64,000 nucleotides of DNA from Candidatus Woesearchaeota archaeon (GTDB taxonomy: Archaea; Nanobdellota; Nanobdellia; Woesearchaeales; UBA583), in the NCBI GenBank assembly GCA_965205335.1, contig OZ242164.1, forward strand, positions 736,001 to 800,000. The letters are read 5' to 3'. The notes beneath the pieces are model-generated. The model had not been told where the DNA came from. It saw only the letters and a program-made list of their open reading frames with translations, and ran no database searches. How positions within the stretch are numbered: the first letter of the stretch is position 1; each line of letters starts with the position of its first letter. Below are positions 50,919-61,366 of the stretch, in pieces. The translations under genes and the position numbers were made by a program.

Positions 50919-52655
50919 CTATCTGTGGGTGAAATAAAAAATCTTCTTTCCTGATTTATCCTTTGAGTCAAGCCTAACAAACCCGAACCTTTCAAACTGA
51001 ATACTTGAACCCTCCCTTAAATTATGTAATAATTCTGTAAACCCTCTCAAACGAGAATTATCCGCTAAAATAACTCTAACTTCCTCATTATTTTTAAATG
51101 GAACATAATGAATATTTCTTTTAAACTTAAAATCCTTTGAATATTCCTTTGAGATAAATTTAACTACCATAACACTTTTTTTCTTCTCAATAATTTCAAA
51201 ATTGCCCATATGCTTTAATCTAAGTTTATCGCACACATCCAAATTATCAAAATCTAATCCGTCAATTAACCAATCTTGTTCCAATTTAAATTCACGAAAT
51301 CCTCTTGAACTATCATCTGGATGCTTATTTAATTTGATTTCTTTATTTGGAAAATCATCAATATTTAAAATATGCAATGTCTTTGGATTATGAACGAAAA
51401 AACACCTATCTGATTCAGTTTCAAGAATTTGTTTGTTAAAATAATCCAATCCCTTATGATACTCCTCTGATGTTATTTTAGAATCCCTTTTTGAAATCCC
51501 CAAAGAAAGAATGAATTTTCTAAATGCCTCCGCTCTATATCCTCTTTTTCTGTATGATAAAATACTTGGAACTCTTGGATCATCCCACCCTGAAAATACT
51601 TTCTCTTCAATCATCTGGGTAAGTTTTGTTTTTGAAAGTTCCATATCAACAAACTTCATTCTCCCAATATGAAAATAATTAGGAGGTTTCATCCCAAGAG
51701 CTTTATGAATAAGCATTTGCCTTTCCATATTAATCTCATGATCCTTTCCACGAATAACATGAGTTAATCCCATTAAAACATCATCAATAGCAACAGCAAT
51801 GTTCATTGTAGGCCAAACCTTATACTTATATCCAACTTTTGCATGTTTATTTTCATTGACTCTTGCAAGTACGAAAGATCTCATTGCAGGATTTTTATGT
51901 TTAATATCACATCTAAACCTGAGAACAGAATCCTTTAATTCTCCTTTCATAAACTTTTCAAATTTCTCTTTTTGAGTATCAAAATTCATTTTAGCATGTA
52001 GACACATCTCACAATTATTAGTATATGACTTAAACGTTTCACTATCACAATTACATACATAAATCTTATTAATTTGGGCAAGTTTTCTTAGGTATTTGTA
52101 ATATATTGGAACTCTCTCTGACTGATAGAAAATTTCATCAACATTTCCATCGCAAATCCATTTTATATCATCAATTACTTTATCATAATTTGAAATGTCA
52201 ATATTATCAGGATTTGTGTCTGCAATTCTTACAATGAATTTTCCTCCATATTTCTTTTTGAATTCATGGTTTGCAATGATTGGAAACAAATGACCTAAAT
52301 GCAAATATCCCGAAGGTGCAGGCTCAATTCTTACAACAACACCATTTTCTGTATCTGGCAGATTAGGGAGTCCATCTTTTTTTTGCATTTCCTTCTTTTC
52401 TTTTCCTTTAGTAAAAAAATCAGGATTTAGTTCTCTTAACTTATCACTCTGTTCCTGCATTGACATTGAATTAACATCATCCACAATTTTATTAATTATG
52501 TTTGTGCATTCGCCTATATTTGATTTTATTTTAGGAAATTTAGAAATACTTTTTCCCAAGAGGACTTTAGGATTGGCTTTTCCTTTAAAATTTATTGCGT
52601 TTTCAAGTGCCTGCATAAATACAAATTCTTCAAACTCATATTGATCAATATTCAT
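50919..52655 (-). CDS. gltX: Glutamate--tRNA ligase (archaeal type)
   Basis: ALENA...GKAN N-domain, PAPSGYLHLGH, THVIRGKDH, LSKT, GWDDPR, QFERFGF. Confidence 0.95.
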   Translation of the reverse strand: MNIDQYEFEEFVFMQALENAINFKGKANPKVLLGKSISKFPKIKSNIGECTNIINKIVDDVNSMSMQEQSDKLRELNPDFFTKGKEKKEMQKKDGLPNLPDTENGVVVRIEPAPSGYLHLGHLFPIIANHEFKKKYGGKFIVRIADTNPDNIDISNYDKVIDDIKWICDGNVDEIFYQSERVPIYYKYLRKLAQINKIYVCNCDSETFKSYTNNCEMCLHAKMNFDTQKEKFEKFMKGELKDSVLRFRCDIKHKNPAMRSFVLARVNENKHAKVGYKYKVWPTMNIAVAIDDVLMGLTHVIRGKDHEINMERQMLIHKALGMKPPNYFHIGRMKFVDMELSKTKLTQMIEEKVFSGWDDPRVPSILSYRKRGYRAEAFRKFILSLGISKRDSKITSEEYHKGLDYFNKQILETESDRCFFVHNPKTLHILNIDDFPNKEIKLNKHPDDSSRGFREFKLEQDWLIDGLDFDNLDVCDKLRLKHMGNFEIIEKKKSVMVVKFISKEYSKDFKFKRNIHYVPFKNNEEVRVILADNSRLRGFTELLHNLREGSSIQFERFGFVRLDSKDKSGKKIFYFTHR

Positions 52656-52714
52656 TTTTTATTTAATAATATGAGTTACCTAACTTTTATAAATATAATC
52701 CCATTAATATTCTT

Positions 52715-53125
52715 ATGGATGAAACTCAATATAATGAACTTTTAGAGATAGCATATAAGGAATTACCTCAATTCCTATACAAAAAAGAAAGATTTGAAAT
52801 TCCTCAGGTAAGAGGCAGATTAATAAAATCGAGAACTGTTGTAAACAATTTTAAGGAGATTAGTTCTGATTTTTCAAGATCTTTAGAGCATTTATCTAAG
52901 TTTATGTTAAAGGATTTAGGAGTTCGTGGGGAAATTGATAGCAGAAAAAATTTAGTTCTTCATTCTCGGTTTTCACCAACAGCACTTAACAAAGCAGTTG
53001 AAAAATATTACAAATCATATATTGAGTGTCCGCACTGCAATAGTCCTGATACAGAATTCTCTAATAACGAAACGAATCTTGAATGTAAGGCATGTGGACA
53101 TCTGGAAAAAATTCCAAAATTATAA
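52715..53125 (+). CDS. eif2b: Translation initiation factor aIF2 beta subunit
   Basis: ERFEIP, TVVNNF, KFMLKDLG, CPHCNSPDT, CKACG. Confidence 0.93.
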   Translation: MDETQYNELLEIAYKELPQFLYKKERFEIPQVRGRLIKSRTVVNNFKEISSDFSRSLEHLSKFMLKDLGVRGEIDSRKNLVLHSRFSPTALNKAVEKYYKSYIECPHCNSPDTEFSNNETNLECKACGHLEKIPKL

Positions 53126-53244
53126 ATTTCTTGCAAATACATTCCTCCCATATCAACATTCAAGCAGTTCACAAATTAATGCCTTTACTCAATAATCAGT
53201 ATAAATCATTAAAACATACTTGTGATATGAAAAATTAGTATAAA

Positions 53245-55869
53245 ATGGATTTAAGTAGTATTGCTAAAAATTTAAAAGAAGGTTCTGTAATGTGCCTTAA
53301 AGAAGATAAGGATATTCTCTGGTTTGATGAACTGGGAATTGAAGATGTTCCATTAGTTGGAGGTAAGAATGCATCTCTTGGGGAGATGTATGTTTCACTT
53401 ACAAAAATAGGTGTTAAAATTCCGTACGGATTTTCAATAACAGCACATGCATATAGAGATTTCATTGAAACAACTAAAACAAAAGAAAGAATAAAGGAAA
53501 TCCTATCCGACTTAGATACATCCAATCTTTTAAACCTACAAGAGAGAGGAAAAAAAGTTCGTTCAGTTATTATGGATGCACAATTTCCGCAAGAACTTAG
53601 AATGCACATAATTAGTGCGTATAGAAGAATGGAAGAAATGTATGGGAAATACATAGACGTTGCAGTAAGATCCTCAGCAACCGCAGAAGATTTGCCAGAT
53701 GCATCATTTGCAGGCCAGCAGGAAACATATTTAAACATCCATTCAGAAGAACAACTGCTTCACTCATGTAAGAGATGTTTTGCATCCCTATTTACAGACA
53801 GGGCAATATCATACAGAGAAGATAAAAAATTTAACCAATTTGATATTGCATTATCAATTGGAGTTCAGAAAATGGTTAGATCTGATTTAGCATGTAGTGG
53901 GGTTATGTTTTCAATTGACACAGAAACAGGTTTTGATAAAGTAGCAGTCATAACAGGAGCATACGGATTAGGGGAAAACGTTGTGCAAGGAGCAGTAAAC
54001 CCTGATGAGTACATTGTTTTCAAACCTACTCTTGAAGAGGGGTACAGACCTATAATTTCAAAAACAGTTGGAGAAAAGCATATGAAAATGATCTACGATC
54101 AGACAGGAGGAAAAATGACAAAAAATGTCTCAGTTCCAAAATCTATGCAAGAAAAGTTCATTCTAACTGATGATGAAGTTCTCCAACTATCCAGATGGGC
54201 AATTATAATTGAGGACCATTATAGTGCCAAGAAAGGAGAGTACTCCCCAATGGATATGGAATGGGCTAAAGATGGCAAATCAGGAGAACTCTTCATTGTC
54301 CAAGCAAGACCAGAGACAGTTCAGTCAAGAAACGATAAATCAAAAATAACTACTTATTCAATGGCTGAAAAAGGAGAAGTTATAACTCATGGAGTTGCTG
54401 TTGGTTCAAAAATTGCTCATGGAAATGTGAAAGTTGTTTTTGACATTCACGAGGCAAATAATTTTAACGAAGGTGATATCTTAGTAACAGATATGACAGA
54501 CCCAGACTGGCAGCCAATCATGAAAAAAGCCAGTGCGATTATTACAAACAGAGGAGGAAGAACCTGTCATGCCGCAATTATTTCAAGAGAAATGGGAGTT
54601 CCGGCAGTTGTTGGCTGCGGCGATGCAACAAGCGTATTAAAAAATAACCAAAAAATAACTGTTTCATGTGCAGAGGGTGAAATAGGAAAAGTTTACAAAG
54701 GACATCTAAAATACAAAGTATCAGAGACAAATATAGATAGCGTTCCAGACACGAAAACAAAAATCATGCTTAACGTTGGAAATCCCCGTATGGCTTTCTC
54801 ACAGTCCTTTTTACCAAATGATGGAGTAGGACTTGCAAGAGAGGAATTTATTATAAACTCTGGAGTTCAGATTCATCCAAATGCTCTTTTATATTTTAGA
54901 GAATTAAAGAAAAACAAAGAAGCACATGAAGATGTCAAAAAAATTGAAGAACTAACAAAAGGATATAAAGATAAAGTTGAGTATTATGTTGATAAACTAT
55001 CAGAAGGAACTGCATTAATAGGGGCAGCATTTTACCCTAAAAAAGTAATCATAAGACTATCAGACTTTAAATCAAATGAATATGCAAATCTAATTGGTGG
55101 AAAATTCTTTGAACCTATTGAAGATAATCCTATGATAGGGTTTAGAGGTTCATCAAGATATTATTCACCTCATTTCAAAGAAGCCTTTAAACTTGAATGT
55201 CAAGCTATTAAAAAAGTCCGTGAAGAATTTGGGTTGAAGAATGTTTCTGTTATGATTCCCTTTTGCAGAACAGTTGATGAAGCAAAGAAAGTTCTTCTTA
55301 CAATGAAAGAAGGAGGACTTGAAAGAGAGGTTGATGGATTGCAGGTTTACTTAATGTGCGAGATACCATCAAATGTAATTTTAGCCGACCAGTTTTTAGA
55401 TTTAGTTGATGGATATTCTATTGGAACAAATGATTTAACTCAACTAGCCTTAGGACTTGACAGAGATTCAGAACTTGTATCAGAAGTTTATGATGAAAGA
55501 GATGGTGCTATTTTAGACTTAGTCTCCCATGTTATCCATAAATGCAACGAACGTAGAAAATACATAGGTATTTGCGGACAAGCCCCTTCCGATTACCCTG
55601 AATTTGCACAATTTATCGTTGAGCAGGGGATTGGGACAATGTCTCTAAACCCAGATACAATAATTAAAACAAAATTAATGATTGCCGAACTTGAAAAAAA
55701 ACTCGCAAGAAAACCAGTTAAATTCAACGTTGGATTTAATCCTGTTCACATTGAAATTAAGAGTTCTCCGAGTTCTGTTCCAAAGAAAAGTTCATCGAAA
55801 AAGAAGGTAATTGTTAAGAAAAAATCTGTGTCAAAACCCAAGAAAGTCTCCAAATCCAAAAAGAAATAA
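53245..55869 (+). CDS. ppsA: Phosphoenolpyruvate synthase with Lys-rich tail
   Basis: VGGKNASLGEM, VRSSATAEDLP, QARPET, GGRTCHAAI, SIGTNDLTQ, GICGQAPS. Confidence 0.96.
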   Translation: MDLSSIAKNLKEGSVMCLKEDKDILWFDELGIEDVPLVGGKNASLGEMYVSLTKIGVKIPYGFSITAHAYRDFIETTKTKERIKEILSDLDTSNLLNLQERGKKVRSVIMDAQFPQELRMHIISAYRRMEEMYGKYIDVAVRSSATAEDLPDASFAGQQETYLNIHSEEQLLHSCKRCFASLFTDRAISYREDKKFNQFDIALSIGVQKMVRSDLACSGVMFSIDTETGFDKVAVITGAYGLGENVVQGAVNPDEYIVFKPTLEEGYRPIISKTVGEKHMKMIYDQTGGKMTKNVSVPKSMQEKFILTDDEVLQLSRWAIIIEDHYSAKKGEYSPMDMEWAKDGKSGELFIVQARPETVQSRNDKSKITTYSMAEKGEVITHGVAVGSKIAHGNVKVVFDIHEANNFNEGDILVTDMTDPDWQPIMKKASAIITNRGGRTCHAAIISREMGVPAVVGCGDATSVLKNNQKITVSCAEGEIGKVYKGHLKYKVSETNIDSVPDTKTKIMLNVGNPRMAFSQSFLPNDGVGLAREEFIINSGVQIHPNALLYFRELKKNKEAHEDVKKIEELTKGYKDKVEYYVDKLSEGTALIGAAFYPKKVIIRLSDFKSNEYANLIGGKFFEPIEDNPMIGFRGSSRYYSPHFKEAFKLECQAIKKVREEFGLKNVSVMIPFCRTVDEAKKVLLTMKEGGLEREVDGLQVYLMCEIPSNVILADQFLDLVDGYSIGTNDLTQLALGLDRDSELVSEVYDERDGAILDLVSHVIHKCNERRKYIGICGQAPSDYPEFAQFIVEQGIGTMSLNPDTIIKTKLMIAELEKKLARKPVKFNVGFNPVHIEIKSSPSSVPKKSSSKKKVIVKKKSVSKPKKVSKSKKK

Positions 55870-55997
55870 ATTTTTCAAATTAGGAATATCTTTCTTCTCA
55901 TTGTTTCTATTTTTGATTTCTTCTTTCCACTTTGAACTTCTTTCCAGTTTTTTAGATATTTTTCAGTTGTCATTTATCATTTTAATTTATAATTATC

Positions 55998-56049
55998 CAT
56001 CAACTGATGCTTAAAAAATAGAAAAACCAACTGAATTTATTACAGAATC
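55998..56049 (+). mobile_element. IS6-like terminal remnant
   Basis: Inverted homolog of 58925-58977 (CATCAACTGATGCTTAA...ACAGAATC). Confidence 0.7.
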
Positions 56050-56095
56050 ATTGACACAAAACCTTTATAAAAGATGAAATATTTAAGATTCTTAA

Positions 56096-56980
56096 ATGAT
56101 GGTGAAAATACTAATGATCACTTTATTTCTATTTTTGTCATCACTTTTTATTATTAACACTGCATTTGCTCTCTCATGCTCCCCCTCTTATCCTGTGATT
56201 GGGGAGGTTGTAGATTTTTCTTCTGAGAATGGATCTTCATACAGCACTGTCCTTCTTGAAAATGTTAAACTTTTTAACATATATGACAATGATGACTTAC
56301 CCCATGACATTAGTAGTTCTGATTTTTATCCTATTGATGCATATGAGGACGTTGTCCATAGTTATATTAATGGAGAGAAACTACCAGAGTATGATCAATC
56401 TGAAGTTTCTTACTCACCAGACCTATCAGAGTATAAAAACGTAGCCATTCAGGATGTTGTACTTGAGAAAATAGATATGAAGGCAGGTGATATCTTAATT
56501 AGTGGACCTCCTTTTCATGTGTGCAGTTATAGTTTCATAGGAATTTTTTCGCAGGACGGAAAGTTAAAATATGTAGTTGTTAGTAGGGGTTCATACGACA
56601 GTTATTCCTATCGTGAAACGGAAATTGAAGTTGCTCCCGGCAGAGAAATAAAATGTGATAATGATAGTTGCAAAGTTCAGGTGGATTATAGGGTTGGCGA
56701 TGAGAAATTTACTTTGTCTTTAAATCAGTTTTATTCGCCTGAGGCGGAAGTTTTCAGTTCATTTACTCTTTTAGATTCAAGCGACTATAAAAAGAGAGAA
56801 GATGATTTTGTACTTGTTGACTCTGGGATGAGTCGCTATGTAACTTATATAATTGCCTTTTCTAAGTCTGCTGGTGACGATAAATGTGAAAGTGTAGAAG
56901 AATGCGATGAGACTGAGGAGGAGAACTCAGAAGGCATTTTCAGAGCAATAGTAAATTGGTTTAAATCTCTCTTTTCTTGA
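56096..56980 (+). CDS. Secreted acidic hypothetical protein
   Basis: Signal peptide ending AFA-LSC; C-terminal amphipathic GIFRAIVNWFKSLF. Confidence 0.78.
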   Translation: MMVKILMITLFLFLSSLFIINTAFALSCSPSYPVIGEVVDFSSENGSSYSTVLLENVKLFNIYDNDDLPHDISSSDFYPIDAYEDVVHSYINGEKLPEYDQSEVSYSPDLSEYKNVAIQDVVLEKIDMKAGDILISGPPFHVCSYSFIGIFSQDGKLKYVVVSRGSYDSYSYRETEIEVAPGREIKCDNDSCKVQVDYRVGDEKFTLSLNQFYSPEAEVFSSFTLLDSSDYKKREDDFVLVDSGMSRYVTYIIAFSKSAGDDKCESVEECDETEEENSEGIFRAIVNWFKSLFS

Positions 56981-57203
56981 TGGTTCTGTTAACTTTTAGA
57001 GACCTAGTAAATTTTAATCTACAATTTTTTTAAATTGTTTTCAATCTCTCGTTTTTGTTCATCTGTAATTAGTGTATTACCTCTAAACATATTTTGCAAT
57101 TTATTTTTAAACTAATATCAATACCAATCCATTCCCCCTAGGTGTTCTTATTCAGAGTTAATAAAAACCATTATATAAAGAAAAATTTTGAGGAATATTA
57201 AAA

Positions 57204-58505
57204 ATGGCAAAGATGAATCATAAATTTACAATATTGGTTTTAGTTCTCTTTTTAGGAGTTTCTCTTGTATGGGGTGCATCAGCTAACGTTGAACCCAACG
57301 TTGGTTTTGATAATACTAACGATAATAATGTTCGTGGTGGTGTTGTTTCTTTTGATGGTGTCTGTGGTGAATTTAATAATTGTTTGACAGGAATATTTTC
57401 AGATCGTCCTGATAGTGAAACTCATCACAAATGGGTTTGTTATGGAATTGGTAGTGGAAAAGATTTAAATTGTATGTATCCGAAACCTTTTAATAGTACT
57501 CCTTCTGATAAAAACTCTGATGGTGTTCCTGTTGATGGTGTCTGTGGTAATTTTAATAATTGTTTGACAGGAATATTTTCATATAGTCGTGATAGTGAAG
57601 CTTATCACAGATGGGTTTGTTATGGAATTAATGGTGGAAAAGATTTAAATTGTATGTATCCGAAACCTTTTAATAGTACTCCTCCTCATAAAAACTCTGG
57701 TGGTGTTCGTGCTGGTGTTGTTCCTGTTGATGGTGTCTGTGGTAAAATTAATAATTGTTTGACAGGAATTTTTCAAAGTCATCCTGATAGTGAAGCTCAT
57801 TACATCTGGGCTTGTTATGGGATTAATGAAGGAAAAGATTTAGGTTGTATATATCCGAAACCTTTTAATAGTACTCCTCCTCATACTCTTGTTGGTGTCT
57901 GTGGTGATTCCCCTTATACTTGTTTAGTAGGGGGAATGGATATTAAGAAAAATTATAATAACAGTTATCTTTGGCGTTGTGCAGATGTAGAATGTAAAGC
58001 ACCACAACCATTAATTTTCAATATATCAACTAATAGTTATGGGAAAGGTTCTAATTTATCTTATTATGTATTTAATGTTTTTGGAGAGAGTTTGAGGGAT
58101 AATATAGACGTTTATGGTATTAGTGCTGAGGGAAAAGGGTTCAGAAGTTTTATGAGAGGAACAAGTAAAACAGGTAGTACTGGTTATTTCACAGTTCCAA
58201 AAGAAGCAAATCTGTGTGGTTCTGTAGACAAATGTGCAATTCTTATTGAATTTGAAGAACGACTATTTACAAACACCAAAAGTAGTAAATATTGGTCGTG
58301 GCCAGGATTAGATATATATTATATAGACAGCAAAAAAGTTGAAGTATCTAATTTTTGTAGCACACTAAACGAAACAGAATGTGCAATCGATAGAATATGT
58401 GAGCCTAAATTTGAAAGTTTTTGGCAATGGTTTAAATGGTTTGATAAATGTATAAATCCAGAAGCATTTAACGAAACATATTCACTCTATATAGAATATG
58501 ATTGA
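57204..58505 (+). CDS. Secreted Cys-repeat surface protein, related to 26700-28922
   Basis: Shared NVEPNVG, DGVC..W.C.G repeat and F.VP...NLC...C.I...F domain; no peptidase domain. Confidence 0.85.
   Translation: MAKMNHKFTILVLVLFLGVSLVWGASANVEPNVGFDNTNDNNVRGGVVSFDGVCGEFNNCLTGIFSDRPDSETHHKWVCYGIGSGKDLNCMYPKPFNSTPSDKNSDGVPVDGVCGNFNNCLTGIFSYSRDSEAYHRWVCYGINGGKDLNCMYPKPFNSTPPHKNSGGVRAGVVPVDGVCGKINNCLTGIFQSHPDSEAHYIWACYGINEGKDLGCIYPKPFNSTPPHTLVGVCGDSPYTCLVGGMDIKKNYNNSYLWRCADVECKAPQPLIFNISTNSYGKGSNLSYYVFNVFGESLRDNIDVYGISAEGKGFRSFMRGTSKTGSTGYFTVPKEANLCGSVDKCAILIEFEERLFTNTKSSKYWSWPGLDIYYIDSKKVEVSNFCSTLNETECAIDRICEPKFESFWQWFKWFDKCINPEAFNETYSLYIEYD
57354..57907 (+). repeat. Three intragenic tandem repeats plus the start of a degenerate fourth
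   Basis: Units begin 57354, 57534, 57729, 57891 (spacing 180, 195, 162). Confidence 0.93.
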
Positions 58506-58527
58506 AGAATAACTCCTAAATCTTAAA

Positions 58528-58683
58528 ATGGGAGAAGAAAATAAAACGCCGTATATTGATGAGGATTACCATGAGGCGTGGGTTAAGTTTTGTGTTGCTA
58601 ACTTCAAAACTAAAAAAGTGTTAAGCAAAATAATAACAGAAGCAATGGAACTGTATATGGTAAATTTTGAAAGAATAAATTAA
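58528..58683 (+). CDS. Putative 51-aa ribbon-helix-helix-like protein
   Basis: Hand-translated MGEENKTPYIDEDYHEAWVKFCVANFKTKKVLSKIITEAMELYMVNFERIN. Confidence 0.45.
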   Translation: MGEENKTPYIDEDYHEAWVKFCVANFKTKKVLSKIITEAMELYMVNFERIN

Positions 58684-58788
58684 TTATAGTGGATGATTAA
58701 GATTTTTTCCACCTTTGAATGTTATCATACAAAGTAGAATAAGGAACACCTAACTCCCTCCGCTAACTTATAAAACTAACCAATCTAC

Positions 58789-58916
58789 GGCTCTGTCCAT
58801 AAATTGTTTTTTCCAAAATCTATGCTAAATATATTCAATCAAAGAAGAAAATTACTTATCAAAAATCATTTTATTTATACAACATTTTAAGTTCTCTTGA
58901 ATTTATGGACAAAGCC
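58789..58916. mobile_element. 128-bp MITE, copy 2
   Basis: TIRs GGCTCTGTCCATAAATT / AATTTATGGACAAAGCC; colinear with 49761-49888; no matching TSD. Confidence 0.88.
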
Positions 58917-58924
58917 TATTTGAT

Positions 58925-59133
58925 GGTTCTGTTAAGAATTCGGCTGTTTTTTCTATTTTATTAAGCATCAGTTGATGAAGAGCATTTTTCAATATATCAT
59001 TCCGGTTGGAATTTACATCTAAATCACTTACTTGGGCTTGTGTTTTTTCATTCAAACCTAAATGTGGTCTAATGAAGTTATGATAATTCATGAATAAGTC
59101 ATAAAGTAAAAGATCTGAATTTGCTCCAGAACC
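58925..59133 (-). pseudogene. IS6-like transposase 3' remnant with terminal GGTTCTGTTAA
   Basis: LFMNYHNFIRPHLGLNEKTQAQ integrase-core C-terminus; terminus resembles IS6-family GGTTCTGTT. Confidence 0.7.
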
Positions 59134-59178
59134 TCATCATAATAAACTATATAAATAAACTAATACTAATTATATAAT

Positions 59179-59751
59179 ATGGAAGAAATTTTCAAAGAAT
59201 CAGTTAGAAAAGGATTTATAGCATGTAAATCAGACATTGAAGAAATAAAAAAAGAGAATGTCTCACTAAAATCTAAGATTATATCACTTGAATTCCAGAA
59301 CAAAAAACTCCAAGACAAAATAAACGAACTCTCCATTCAAATAAACGCAACAAAAATGGCTCTTGATTACATCAAAGCATTTACAGAAAATCAAAATCAA
59401 GCAAATATCCAAACACAAACAGAACCAGCTAAACAAACCCAAACCCCAAGAACTAACTCACAACAAACTATTTCGCGAAACAAACCACTGGACTCATATG
59501 ATGCACTATTAGAATTTAAAGCCAAAACAAACAAAAGAGAAATTCTGAAACAAAAACTTCTCTCAATGATTGGAGAAAACAAAATGAATCTATCTGAGTT
59601 AAAATTTATGTTCGTTGAACACTTTCGGTATTGCTCCAAAGCAACATTTTACAACTACCTAAAAGAATTAGAAATTGAAAAAACAGTAAAAATTGAAAGA
59701 GAAAACGGAAAAAATAAAATCTATCTCTCTAACATCTCACATCAACTATAA
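59179..59751 (+). CDS. Coiled-coil protein with C-terminal winged HTH
   Basis: KGFIACKSDI coil; LSELK...CSKATFYNYLKELE. Confidence 0.78.
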   Translation: MEEIFKESVRKGFIACKSDIEEIKKENVSLKSKIISLEFQNKKLQDKINELSIQINATKMALDYIKAFTENQNQANIQTQTEPAKQTQTPRTNSQQTISRNKPLDSYDALLEFKAKTNKREILKQKLLSMIGENKMNLSELKFMFVEHFRYCSKATFYNYLKELEIEKTVKIERENGKNKIYLSNISHQL

Positions 59752-59796
59752 ACAAAAACTAAGTTTTATAATAAACTTCTTTTAGAGACACCCATG

Positions 59797-60459
59797 TTAA
59801 TCAGAATTAATATTAATCTCCTTTAAATCCTTCTTCTCAGAATCAAACTCAAACACCTTAAAAGTCTCCGCCAAATTAATAACCTTTGTCTTATTAACAA
59901 TCTCTTCAAGTCCAGAGGTCTCGTGAATATGTCCAACAAAAGTAACATCTGGGCTGAAATGTTCTAAAAATACTCTCGTTGAAGGAACACCTGCTATAAT
60001 AGGATAATAAGGACCTGAATCTGAAATAACAGTTCCAACAGGAGGCAAATGAGCCAAATGAATCTTAAAAGGGATATTTTCAATTGCTTTATAATTCTCA
60101 ATAATATTTTTAAGAACCTCATCGTCAGGCGTCTGATTAGGCCCAATAGCCAGATAATTGCTCCCAAAAATAGCCAAATCAGAATTTACAATAATAGGAG
60201 AATTTCCAACCATGTGAATATTATAATGCTCCTTTAAAGAGTGAATTTTTTTCTTAGTCTCATGGTTTCCTGGAACCATAAATATTCTCTTACCCTTAAA
60301 CGGCTTAAGCAATTTAGTGAAATCGTCAGATTTATCAGACAAATCACCTGTAAAAATAATAAAATCTATCTCATCAAGATTAACATACTTGGAAATATTT
60401 TTAGGGAAATCAAGATTAGAATGCCAATCACTCGTTGCCAAAAACCTAACTTTACTCAT
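59797..60459 (-). CDS. Metallophosphoesterase
   Basis: SDWH, TGDL, PGNHE, HLPP, GHIHE. Confidence 0.9.
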   Translation of the reverse strand: MSKVRFLATSDWHSNLDFPKNISKYVNLDEIDFIIFTGDLSDKSDDFTKLLKPFKGKRIFMVPGNHETKKKIHSLKEHYNIHMVGNSPIIVNSDLAIFGSNYLAIGPNQTPDDEVLKNIIENYKAIENIPFKIHLAHLPPVGTVISDSGPYYPIIAGVPSTRVFLEHFSPDVTFVGHIHETSGLEEIVNKTKVINLAETFKVFEFDSEKKDLKEININSD

Positions 60460-60483
60460 AAAACTATTAAGAAGGTTAAATAT

Positions 60484-61233
60484 TTAAAGGTTTCTCCAAA
60501 AACTCAAACTATAATCAATAATATCCTCATAAAAAATTGTTATAGAATCCCAGTAAAAAAAGTACAGACAGAACAAAATAAGATATTTAATTGTTCTTCC
60601 CATAAGACAGAAATAAATATACTTTGAGAATTGAAATCTAAACCCACCGTAGAGAACAGTTAAAGCCTCAACGGGACCTGGGAAAATATTCCCAAGAAAC
60701 AAAATAATAGCCCCTTTCTTATTTACTATTTCAGCATATTTGTCATAATTCTTAGAAAATAACTTCTCTAAAATCCATCCTCGTAAAAGCCATCCAAAAA
60801 AATAATTAAAACTAAGCCCTACCAAATTACCAAAAAGCATAGCCAGTATAACAATAAAAGGGGAATGAGAAGTTGAACTTAGAAAATATATAAATAAAGC
60901 TTCTGAAGGCAGTGTCAAAAAAAAGACACTTCCAAAAATTGCAACAAAAAAAAGTCCTTTAACAGTATTATTTACAATCTCACTTTGAACACTTAAATAT
61001 CCCTGATAAATTGTAGGATTTAATTTAAGCAATTCCTGAAGCTGACTTAAAATAGGTTCATAAAATAAATAAATCAAAAGTATAAACAAAACAATAGACC
61101 AGAACTTTAACCTTTTTTTCTCTTCCTCAGTTATTTTAGGCTTAAACTTTTGAGCTCTTCTTTTCCTTTTTTCCTTTTGAGATGGTAACTCAAATCTATC
61201 CAAATCATCATTTAACTCAATATAATCTGTCAT
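60484..61233 (-). CDS. DedA/VTT-family membrane protein
   Basis: LPSEAL, GNLVGLSFNYFFG, GRTIKY; multiple TM helices. Confidence 0.8.
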   Translation of the reverse strand: MTDYIELNDDLDRFELPSQKEKRKRRAQKFKPKITEEEKKRLKFWSIVLFILLIYLFYEPILSQLQELLKLNPTIYQGYLSVQSEIVNNTVKGLFFVAIFGSVFFLTLPSEALFIYFLSSTSHSPFIVILAMLFGNLVGLSFNYFFGWLLRGWILEKLFSKNYDKYAEIVNKKGAIILFLGNIFPGPVEALTVLYGGFRFQFSKYIYFCLMGRTIKYLILFCLYFFYWDSITIFYEDIIDYSLSFWRNL

Positions 61234-61366
61234 TTTCTGTTCTTAAAATTAAGTCATATTTAATTCTTTAAAATACTTTCCTATTATTAGGAATAAATTT
61301 AATTCTCTTGTGTTGTGATTTTAGGATAATAAACAAATTTATAAATCTAAGAGATAAAAACTAAAT

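Noticed and set aside
57354-57907. CRISPR array or complete DGR
   Set aside because: Repeats are in-frame coding units; no RT or non-coding template in the window
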